Source: a virus
Taxonomy: Duplodnaviria; Caudoviricetes
Reading direction: 5' to 3' (one strand)
DNA length: 56,998 bases
IMG/VR virus record: IMGVR_UViG_3300021959_000045
Span: 1 to 56,998 of that record
The notes below the pieces were generated by a model. It was not told where the DNA came from. It did not search any database and was given only the letters and a program-made list of their open reading frames with translations. The position numbers and the translations under genes are program-made. This document shows, one piece after another, positions 1 through 9,400 of this stretch; positions within the stretch are counted from its first letter, which is position 1, and each line of letters begins with the position of its first letter.

Positions 1-3000
1 TACTACTTCCAACCTGTGAGTCGGGTCTGCGACATTTATTCCCACGTTGCCTGTGGAATCGATGCGCATACGTTCTACTACAGCAGATCCTGAATCCGTC
101 CAGAAGCTCATATCGGCAGTGGCAGTGCCTGCACCAATTACGGCAATGGAGCCGTGTCTTGGATACGGATTTGGACCGTTGTAATAATCAAATGCAAATC
201 CATCACCACTCGTTCCGCTAAAGACTGGTGCAGAAGCTGATCCTCTAAAGTTGCCAGTTTGAAGTCCCCAAGCAGGCGTAGTCGTACCAAGCCCAAGCGC
301 CGATGCCGAAGAATCCCAGAACAAGCCTTGTGCAGCCTCGTCATCGTAGAAGCTGATGTCGCCGTTATCGTCGATTAAAACTCTATCGGCTAATGAACCA
401 GCAAAACCAGTGCCAAACGTAAGCGAACCAGCACCGCCAGTACCCGTCATAACTGAACGGATATAACTGTTTACACCCGGATTTCCTGTATCTGATGTTT
501 CAAACTCAACTGCTCCAGTGTACTGACCAGCACTAACAGTAGTATCTAAATCTTTTATTATTATCGTTGGTGTTCCAGTATTGCCTGAGTTATTAGTAGA
601 ATTAACAGTAAGCCCATCCATCGTGGCTGTGCCAGTTATGTCGATGCCTGTGTTGGTTGTGGTTATCTTGCTTGCACCTGCATAATAAAGTGTGACCCCT
701 TGGTTGGCTATTGCAGCTAAATAGTTTTCATTGTGGGCAGTATTTTGAAGATATAAGTTTTCACCGCCAATCTTAAAGTCGCCTGGACCACTTTCGGTTA
801 TAAAAGAGGTGCCAGCATTATGATAAATCTGTAGGTCGCCGTCAGCTCCGAAGACTAATCTACCATTATCTGGGAAATAAGCATCATGATTGAATATGGC
901 ACTACCAGCATCAGACATATTAAGGGTGAGGGCTGTGATTGCTGAGCCAGCATCGTTACCTTTAAAAATAATATCTTTATCAGAAACTTTAGATTTTATC
1001 TCTAAGTTTTGTCCTGCCATCTCAATGTGACCGACTGATGTGCCACCATCATTAAAATTAATGTTTGCCCCACCTGCATCAAGGGTGATGTCTCCAGAAG
1101 CATCTACTAGATATTCCCCTGTAACATTAGTAGTAAAGTTACCCCCAGATGTTTGGGTAAATGTGGTACCTGAAACAATTTCTATAGAAGTTCCAGCAGA
1201 ATCTTTTAAAGAACCTGTCACATTACGGATAAGATTACCAGTCCAATTTTCAGCATTGTTATTGCCTAGATTATATTGAACTCTTAGACTACCACCATCT
1301 CTTAGGTAGATATCGTTGCCATTCGCATCCAGTGTGATGTCACCCTCTGCATCAATCACAACATCATCAGGTGCTGTAATAGTATAATCAGCATTGTCCG
1401 CCAATGTATGGGTTACAACATCACCACCCGTTCCATTCTTAAAGACGATATCATTACCATCAGCGTCTAAAGTAATATCGCCAGAAGCGTCTACGAGATA
1501 ATTTCCTGTAACATTTGTGGTAAAGTTTCCACCCGTGACAGTCTGAATAAAACCCGTTCTTGCCGTTTGACTAATTGAAGTTCCAGCAACAATTGTATGA
1601 GTTGTTCCGGCAGAATCTTTGATAGCTGCTGAAGCGTCCAATGAATAGTTACCTGAACTTACAACATCGGAAATGCCTAGGCCACCAGTACGAGTTATTG
1701 TGGTACCAGAAGTTTCTTCAATGGTAGTGCCAGTCGTTAAAGTATATGAACCATCGGTTGCCGTTTGTACAAGATTGGTTCCAGCTACAATTGTGTGCGT
1801 TGTACCTGCGGAATCTAGAATAGTTGAACCAGCATTTCTTTCTATAGAGTTGGTTACGTTTTCTGTGGTTGACCCACCAATCGTAGTTGTTAAACTACCT
1901 GCCAATCCAATGTCAGTTGTTGCACCTAATGTATACGTGATGCGTGTACTTCCAGCATCTTTAAAGTAAATGTTATCCCCGGCAGCATCTAGTGTAATAT
2001 CTCCAGATATATCTAATATCAAATCACCTGTTCGGGATACTGTCCCATCTGTGGCAAACTGATATTCAGTTGTTCCACCATCTTTAAAGAAGATATCTCC
2101 ACCGTCAGCATCTAAGATAATATCTCCACCAACATCAACGGTGTAGTCGCCTGTTCCGCTTTGAGTAATAGTATAATTAGCGTCATCTGCTAATGTATGA
2201 GTTACTGTATCGTTACCCTGACCATTAGCGAAAATAATATCATTACCATCAGCGTCTAAAGTAATATCGCCAGAAGCGTCTACTAAGTAATCTCCCGTTA
2301 CGTTGGTTATAAAATCATCGGCAGAAGTTAACGTGAAAACATTTCCGGAAATAATATCTACAGAATCACCTGTAATAGATACTTTATTACCCGCTGTTAA
2401 TGTATACTCTGTTCCTACCGTATCGGTTGTCCTAGTACCCGAAGTTCTAGAAGTAGCGCCTTCCGCATCGAGAGTTATGTCTCCAGAAGCATCTATGAGT
2501 ACATTACCAGTAACAGTAGTGGTAAAGTTTCCACCAGACACCTGATCGAAGGTTGTTCCGGAAGTTTGATTAATAGAAGTTCCAGCAACAAGAGAATATG
2601 TTGTGCCTGCGGAATCTGCAATCGAGCCATCTACATCAACCGTATAATTACCTCCAGCAGTCAACGTGTAATTTGTGCCGACTGTTTGAGTGGTGGTGGT
2701 TCCGGAAGTTTCTGTGATTGAACCATTTAATGCAGTTTGTAAAATATTAGTGTTTGCAGTCAACGTATAATTCGTTGCCGCAGAATCTTTCATATATGTA
2801 CCAGACTTGGTTACATGAAAACCTGAACCTGTTTCAGTATAGTTTCCAGTAATACCAAGAGTCGGTGAAGTTGCTACGCCAAAAATAAATTTATCGGCAG
2901 TAATAGCACGAAGATGAATCTGATCTCCATCAGCTTCAAGAAAAATGTTGTTTGATGCGTCAAGGGTAATATCCGTACCCGTCAATTCTTGTGTAGTAGT

Positions 3001-6000
3001 AGAAGACTGAACAATTGAACCCGTACCTGTTACAGTATAATTACCTGTTACATCGAGTTGCGGTGTCGCATCAAGATTGAATACCATCCTTGTATTGGTG
3101 GCATCCAAGAAATTAATTTGTTGACCAGCTGCATCTAAAGTAATGTCGCCGACCACGTCTACAGTATAATTACCAGGAGCATCAATGTTATAGTTAGTGT
3201 CATCTGCTAACGAATGAGTAACTTGGTCGCCTCCCGCCCCGTTCTTGAAAATAATATCGTTACCATCAGCGTCTAAAGTAATATCGCCGACCACGTCAAC
3301 AGTATAATTGTTTGGAGCAGTAATGGTATAGTTAGCGCCATCCGTTAACGAATGAGTAACCGTATCAACACCAGCTCCATTCTTAAAGATAATATCATTA
3401 CCGTCTGCATCTAAGATAATATCCCCACCGACATCAACAGTATAGTTATTAGGAGCAGTAATGGTATAGTTAGCGCCATCCGTTAACGAATGAGTAACCG
3501 TATCAGCACCAGCTCCATTCTTAAAGATAATATCATTACCGTCTGCATCTAAGATAATATCCCCACCGACATCAACGGTGTAGTCACCCAGTCCGCTTTG
3601 AGTAATTGTATAAGCGCCAGTATCCGCTAATGTATGAGTAACCGTATCAGCACCAGCTCCATTCTTAAAGATAATGTCATTGCCGTCTGCGTCTAAAGTA
3701 ATATCTCCAGATATATCTAATATCAAATCACCTGTTCGGGATACAGTACCGTCTGTAGCGAATCTATAATCTTCTACTCCTCCATCCAGAATAACGACAT
3801 CGCCACCATCTGCATCGAGATTAATATCTCCTGCCACATCGATTGTAAGATCACCAGATGGTACATCGATCTCTTTATTGGTTCCAGCGATAAATTCGAA
3901 CTGAGTAACAGCATTGTCTTTGAAGAACCAATTACCACCATCCGCGTCTAGGGTGATATCAGTTGAGACATCTAGGGTGTAATTATTAGGAACAGTAATG
4001 GTATAGTTAGCGTCATCCGCTAACGAATGAGTAACTTGGTCGCCTCCCGCTCCGTTCTTAAAGATAATGTCATTGCCATCAGCATCAAGAGTAATGTCGC
4101 CAACAACATCAACAGTATAATTGGCAGGTGCAGCAATGACAAAATTACCATCGTTTGCTAAAGTGTGAGTAACAGTATCGCCACCAGCACCATTTTTGAA
4201 TACGATGTCATTGCCGTCTGCGTCTAAAGTAATATCTGTGACAGCATCAACAGTATAGTTATTAGGAGCTGTGATTGTATAATTGGCGTCATCTGCTAAT
4301 GTGTGAGTAACAGTATCGCCGCCTGCTCCATTCTTAAAAACAATATCATTACCATCAGCGTCTAAAGTAATGTCTCCAGAAGCATCTACGAGTACATTAC
4401 CAGTAACTGTTGTAGTGAAGTTCCCTCCGGACACCTGATTAAAGGTTGTTCCAGAAGTTTGGGTAATTGTTCCTGTCGTTGCCGTATCAGATATATTAGT
4501 GCCAGCAACTCTTGTGTAGGTGGTTCCAGCAGAATCTACAATAGAACCATCAACGTTAGTGGTTAAATTGCCAGCTAATGCAATATCAGTTGTGGCGCCA
4601 AGAGTATATGTTACCCGAGTACTACCGGCATCTTTAAATACGATGTTATCGCCAGCAGCATCAAGAGTAATGTCGCCAACAGTATCTACTGTATAATTGG
4701 CGGGGGATGCAATTGTGTAATCGCCAGTATCTGCTAATGTATGAGCGACCTGATCACCTCCAGATCCATTCTTGAAGATAATATCATTACCGTCTGCATC
4801 TAACGTAATGTCACCAACAGTATCTACTGTATAATTGGCAGGAGAGACAATGGTATAATTAGCGTCATCTGCTAATGTATGAGTAACAGTATCTCCACCA
4901 GCACCATTTTTGAATACGATGTCATTGTCATCCGCATCTAACGTAATGTCTCCACCTACATCAACGGTGTAGCCATTTGTTCCACTCAGAGCAATTGTAT
5001 AAGCACCATCGTCTGCTAATGTATGAGTAACAGTATCGCCACCAGCACCATTCTTAAAGATAATGTCATTGCCATCAGCGTCTAAAGTAATGTCACCCAC
5101 AACGTCTAGATCATAATCACCAGGAGCAGTAATTGTATAGTTAGCGTCATCTGCTAATGTGTGAGTGACCGTATCTGCCCCAGCTCCATTCTTGAAGATA
5201 ATATCATTACCGTCTGCGTCTAAAGTAATGTCGCCAACAGTATCTACTGTATAATTGGCAGGGGATGTAATTGTGTAATCGCCAGTATCCGCTAATGTAT
5301 GAGTAACAGTATCTCCACCAGCACCATTCTTAAAGATAATATCATTACCGTCTGCATCTAAAGTAATATCTCCAGAAGCGTCTACAAGATATTCACCAGT
5401 AACATTAGTGGTAAAGTTGCCGCCAGAGGTTTGTGTGAAAGTAGATTCTGATGTTTGTGTGAAAGTAGATTCTGATGTTTGTGTGAAAGTAGATTCTGAT
5501 GTTTGTGTGAAAGTAGATCCTGATGTTTGTGTGAAAGTAGATCCTGATGTTTGCGAAATACTAGTACCAGCAGAATCCGCAATCGAACCATCAACGTTAG
5601 TGGTTAAACTACCGAGCATTGAAATGTCGGTTGTAGCGCCAAGAGTATATGTTACCCGAGTAGTGCCAGCGTCTTTAAAGAAGATGTTATCGCCAGCAGC
5701 ATCTAACGTAATGTCGCCAACAACATCAACAGTATAATTGGCAGGTGCAGCAATGACAAAATTACCATCGTTTGCTAAAGTGTGAGTAACAGTATCGCCA
5801 CCAGCACCATTCTTAAAGATAATGTCATTACCGTCTGCGTCAAGAATAATATCTCCAACCGTGTCGATAGTGAAGTCACCAGACATCGGGGTGATAAGAC
5901 TCAAGTTACCGGCTGCACTATCATATAAGAATTCAGCAGCAATAGTTGAAGTGTTGCCGTTTTGAATATAAAGACTACCTCCGTTTGCACGAAGATACAA

Positions 6001-6210
6001 ATCATTACTTGTTTGATTTATTCGATAATCAAGTTCGATTAAACTGCCGACAAGGTCACTGTCAGACGCAAGAGAGGTTCCCGTATCTGTTAGTAAACGT
6101 CTCTTGTCTCCCAGATCGTCACTGATCTGATTAACTTTACGACGAAAAGTATTGACGTTATCGGTAAGGTCTACTAAAGTAGGACGATCATATCCGTAAG
6201 GGTCTGCCAT
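1..6210 (-). CDS. Giant repeat-containing tail fibre/appendage protein, >2070 aa, 3' end outside the window (absent from the ORF track)
   Basis: ATG at 6210 overlaps the upstream stop (TAATG) and reads MADPYGYDRPTLVDLTDNVNTFRRKVNQISDDLGD. The same frame reads ERMRIDSTGNVGINVADPTHRLEVV at positions 75-1, a typical marine-phage fibre motif. About 25 copies of a GDIxLDADGNDIIFKNG core. I checked both ends and sampled the middle rather than translating every codon. Confidence 0.88.
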   Translation of the reverse strand, partial: MADPYGYDRPTLVDLTDNVNTFRRKVNQISDDLGDKRRLLTDTGTSLASDSDLVGSLIELDYRINQTSNDLYLRANGGSLYIQNGNTSTIAAEFLYDSAAGNLSLITPMSGDFTIDTVGDIILDADGNDIIFKNGAGGDTVTHTLANDGNFVIAAPANYTVDVVGDITLDAAGDNIFFKDAGTTRVTYTLGATTDISMLGSLTTNVDGSIADSAGTSISQTSGSTFTQTSGSTFTQTSESTFTQTSESTFTQTSESTFTQTSGGNFTTNVTGEYLVDASGDITLDADGNDIIFKNGAGGDTVTHTLADTGDYTITSPANYTVDTVGDITLDADGNDIIFKNGAGADTVTHTLADDANYTITAPGDYDLDVVGDITLDADGNDIIFKNGAGGDTVTHTLADDGAYTIALSGTNGYTVDVGGDITLDADDNDIVFKNGAGGDTVTHTLADDANYTIVSPANYTVDTVGDITLDADGNDIIFKNGSGGDQVAHTLADTGDYTIASPANYTVDTVGDITLDAAGDNIVFKDAGSTRVTYTLGATTDIALAGNLTTNVDGSIVDSAGTTYTRVAGTNISDTATTGTITQTSGTTFNQVSGGNFTTTVTGNVLVDASGDITLDADGNDIVFKNGAGGDTVTHTLADDANYTITAPNNYTVDAVTDITLDADGNDIVFKNGAGGDTVTHTLANDGNFVIAAPANYTVDVVGDITLDADGNDIIFKNGAGGDQVTHSLADDANYTITVPNNYTLDVSTDITLDADGGNWFFKDNAVTQFEFIAGTNKEIDVPSGDLTIDVAGDINLDADGGDVVILDGGVEDYRFATDGTVSRTGDLILDISGDITLDADGNDIIFKNGAGADTVTHTLADTGAYTITQSGLGDYTVDVGGDIILDADGNDIIFKNGAGADTVTHSLTDGANYTITAPNNYTVDVGGDIILDADGNDIIFKNGAGVDTVTHSLTDGANYTITAPNNYTVDVVGDITLDADGNDIIFKNGAGGDQVTHSLADDTNYNIDAPGNYTVDVVGDITLDAAGQQINFLDATNTRMVFNLDATPQLDVTGNYTVTGTGSIVQSSTTTQELTGTDITLDASNNIFLEADGDQIHLRAITADKFIFGVATSPTLGITGNYTETGSGFHVTKSGTYMKDSAATNYTLTANTNILQTALNGSITETSGTTTTQTVGTNYTLTAGGNYTVDVDGSIADSAGTTYSLVAGTSINQTSGTTFDQVSGGNFTTTVTGNVLIDASGDITLDAEGATSRTSGTRTTDTVGTEYTLTAGNKVSITGDSVDIISGNVFTLTSADDFITNVTGDYLVDASGDITLDADGNDIIFANGQGNDTVTHTLADDANYTITQSGTGDYTVDVGGDIILDADGGDIFFKDGGTTEYQFATDGTVSRTGDLILDISGDITLDAAGDNIYFKDAGSTRITYTLGATTDIGLAGSLTTTIGGSTTENVTNSIERNAGSTILDSAGTTHTIVAGTNLVQTATDGSYTLTTGTTIEETSGTTITRTGGLGISDVVSSGNYSLDASAAIKDSAGTTHTIVAGTSISQTARTGFIQTVTGGNFTTNVTGNYLVDASGDITLDADGNDIVFKNGTGGDVVTHTLADNADYTITAPDDVVIDAEGDITLDANGNDIYLRDGGSLRVQYNLGNNNAENWTGNLIRNVTGSLKDSAGTSIEIVSGTTFTQTSGGNFTTNVTGEYLVDASGDITLDAGGANINFNDGGTSVGHIEMAGQNLEIKSKVSDKDIIFKGNDAGSAITALTLNMSDAGSAIFNHDAYFPDNGRLVFGADGDLQIYHNAGTSFITESGPGDFKIGGENLYLQNTAHNENYLAAIANQGVTLYYAGASKITTTNTGIDITGTATMDGLTVNSTNNSGNTGTPTIIIKDLDTTVSAGQYTGAVEFETSDTGNPGVNSYIRSVMTGTGGAGSLTFGTGFAGSLADRVLIDDNGDISFYDDEAAQGLFWDSSASALGLGTTTPAWGLQTGNFRGSASAPVFSGTSGDGFAFDYYNGPNPYPRHGSIAVIGAGTATADMSFWTDSGSAVVERMRIDSTGNVGINVADPTHRLEVV
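1070..5860 (-). repeat. Degenerate 138-bp (46-aa) coding repeats in the fibre gene
   Basis: The core tct(a)aagtaat/tcaagagtaat recurs at 5357, 5219, 5081, 4937, 4799 and 4661 (spacing 138/138/144/138/138). Unit is approximately VGDITLDADGNDIIFKNGAGGDTVTHTLADDANYTITAPNNYTVDV. Confidence 0.9.
5429..5553. repeat. 24-bp tandem repeat, 5 copies plus a partial
   Basis: gtttgtgtgaaagtagat(t/c)ctgat at 5429, 5453, 5477, 5501 and 5525; encodes TS(G/E)STFTQ on the minus strand. Confidence 0.97.
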
Positions 6211-6434
6211 TATAGTTTCTCTAATATCTGGGTTAACATGTGTTTGATATCGGCAACTTCATTTTCTAAATGGTCGACCTGAGATTCAAGTTTTAGTTTT
6301 TCTTCTCGAACTTCTTGCCTGCGTTTCTTTCTTTCGCGTGCCGTCTCAACTTCTTTTTTATTTATATTAATGATTGCACCAGTTTTAGAATCCCTTCCGA
6401 GACCCGTATGGCCATCTACTTTTACTAATTTCAT
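6210..6434 (-). CDS. Small conserved phage protein with C-terminal coiled coil
   Basis: 74-aa ORF coupled by TAATG overlaps on both sides. LxRDxxTGAIIN motif typical of marine T4-like phages. Confidence 0.8.
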   Translation of the reverse strand: MKLVKVDGHTGLGRDSKTGAIININKKEVETARERKKRRQEVREEKLKLESQVDHLENEVADIKHMLTQILEKL

Positions 6435-9400
6435 TAATCCACCAAAGCAATTGCTCTTAAATCCCTAATCACTGGAACTTTAGATGAGTTCTTAGAACGG
6501 AAAACCATTTTTAATTGGAATTCGTTAAACGCATCCAGAGATCCACCTTCACCACCCATTAAGTTTGTATACTCTCTGAAAATCGTGGGATTTTCGTCAG
6601 TAGGCAAAGTATTTTCTGGAGCATCATAAATCCAATTTTTGGTGGTAATGTCCTCGCCATCTACTGACGTTCTGTAATACAACAAGATTTCAGTATTTGG
6701 AGGAATGTTCGCAGCATATAAAACTTTTAAACCAACCGCATCTTCAGCTAAAGAAATCGGTTTAGTAATATGTTTCGCAGGATGCGAACCACTATATGGA
6801 TCTGTTTCAGAAGTATATCTTATTGGAATGTTCTTAAAGTCTGAGACATCAGCAGAGTCTTGAAAATCAACAATATTTTCGATCAAAGTCAATGAACATC
6901 TTTGGAGATCTAACATAGGTGAAATAAATTCATGACTACTCTTTAGATCAACTTTAATCTCACAAGACCTTTGTTGAAAACCAACAGTAGCATCTGTTTC
7001 GTTATAACGATTTGCAATCTGTCTTGGAGCATCAAAGGAAGTGTTTATTTTGGGAGTTATCCTCTGCCATTGAGTATTTTTATTGTAAGAGGTTTGATTA
7101 CCAGCAATAGAACTACCCGTTGTAAATTTATATCCAGCAGAAATCGAGGTTGCATCTGGGTTAGCAGTTTCAATATTTAAATTAGCAATATTGAACTGTA
7201 TATTTCTATCAGAAGTAATTCCGGTTCCACCAAAAGTACTGGTTGTTGGTGCAGCACTATCAGCATTAAAAACATATCCAAATGTATCGGCTTTAGTAAC
7301 TGTTCTACGAACACCATTAATTGTCAACATAGAACTGCCCAAAACACCAGTCCCTCCACCATATTTTGCTGATGAATCGAGACCCAGAAGTTCAGCTTTA
7401 TCACCGACTCTTAATCCATGATCATAATGATTAACATAAACTTCAGTAGAACCTGCTGTCGTGTTAATGGGGTCTGGATCTAAAAGTTCTCTCGGTACAT
7501 CAGCGTTACGGAAGACAGCCTTACCACCATAACGGAATTGTGCACGATATAACTTATACATCATATCTACCTGTTGATCAGGTTCCCAAAGCTGAGAGTT
7601 TTGAGATCTGAAGAACGAACCCAATGAAGGTTGTGTTAGAATTCTTTCTGAAGTTGAACCCAACACCCACTGTTCCATTTCTGAAACATATACCGTATAA
7701 TATGGTGTATTGGATGCAAGTACACAAATTGCATATTCGGTGAATGGACTGAGAAAAACTGGTTCATCAAATTCAAATACGGTTTCGGTGCTCTTAACAG
7801 TCGCGAAGTTTTTAAAATCCACTCTTGCGGGAACCTGAACCTGAGAAGATGCAACAAACTTACTTGCAATAATTTTAGAAGATGACGGCACCCCATTTAC
7901 GGTAGGTCTAATCTGAACCTGTACAGGAATAGTTGGATCTTTAGTAGCAAAGAACAACCCGACTTTAGTAATGAAAGTACCATATTCATTATCTACCATG
8001 AAAGTTTGTGCGATAGGGTCGTGATACCTACACCGCCTGACCTGCTCAGAATTATCGCCTGTTCTATGTGCACTAGAAACTTTAGTAGCGTCGGGTTCAT
8101 CGACATTATAAACATAAAGGGTCTCACCCCCGGCATTGGTATAAGTAGTCTGATCATTGGTTGCGGCCGCCGTCTTACCCCCTTCAGTTGCCGTTAGATT
8201 ATTGGGAATCGCTCGGGTATACCCAAAACTTGCAGCTGTATCATTCCCACTAGTTGTATCCGGTCGCACTCCAGCAGATACCACAACGATCTGGTCCAGT
8301 TCGTTAAACGATCCGTCAGTTATGCTAACAGTCGCAACTTCGTTTGACCCAGAACCTTCATAGGTAACATCGATAGCATTAGCGGTTCCAATGACTGCCT
8401 CACCACCATTGTTAACATTGAACACTGTGGTGGCAACAGCTTGAGTCCCAGAACTTGAACCACCAACTCCTGATACTTCTTCTTCAATAACCACAGATTG
8501 TACAGTTGTTGTTCCTTGAGCAATTACACCAGAACCCTGATCATTGGCATTACCAGTATCTTGGCCAACTCCACTATTTTCAGTAGTTACAATAGTTTCA
8601 AGGGTTGCCCTATTATTGGCAACAGCATCACTAAGGTTTTGGTATTCGTTATTTAGAGCGGTAACTTCAAGTTCTGTATTATCAAGTTCTTCTTGAATAA
8701 TATCAATTTGACTTCCGAGCTCGGCAATTTCACTCGACATATCTTCTACTGTGGACAACAATTCTGTGAATTGATTAGCGGTAGTTTCGTTTTGTACCAA
8801 CGAAGTGGCAGATGTTGTAGAAACGTGGAAACTTTCACTATAAAAATCTGATGAAGCTTCATGAAGAACACGTGTACTCAGAACATCTTTTTGTCTTTGA
8901 TTCAAGACACCCTTAGCACTGTAAACTGTAAACGCTCTTGAAGTTGCTGCATCATCCAGTGGTTGCGTGATATCTAAAAGTTTAAACTCTAAAGAACCCG
9001 CAGGGAACCTATCAACATCTTGTGCTGGATCATATGTTTCAATTCCAAGGATAGTTTTGTAATAAAGATCCGCATTGATAACCCGTGGAATTAGGAATGA
9101 ACCGGACACTTCTCCAAATTGATTGGTTATCAGAGTAGTTGGACCGTCTGGGTGCTGAGTATATTGTGTGTTAATATTTCCTTCATCTTCTTCTCTGTCG
9201 GAGAAAAGAACAAAACTTTCTTGTCTACACCATTTAGAGACCTTCTTGTTATTAAAAAACGGAAAAACTCTGACACTTGGTCGCAACCCTTCAGCCTTGA
9301 AATAAATTTTTCTGGAACGCATCCAAGGAATACTATAAACCTGAACTATTCTGTCACCAACAACTTCTTCGATGGTTTCTTCACTCACGATCTTGGTGAC

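Noticed and set aside
138-5737. ORF-track entries at 138-344, 1040-1279, 1673-1969, 2303-2545, 5382-5594 and 5408-5737
   Set aside because: Shadow or alternative frames of the long minus-strand fibre gene; their periodicity comes from its repeats.
1070-5860. Regularly spaced repeats resembling a CRISPR array
   Set aside because: Units are degenerate at third codon positions, in frame and coding; no unique spacers and no cas genes.
8030-8870. Intein in the VrlC-like protein (nrdJ also considered)
   Set aside because: No C/S...HN splice motifs or LAGLIDADG blocks seen; nrdJ has normal length.
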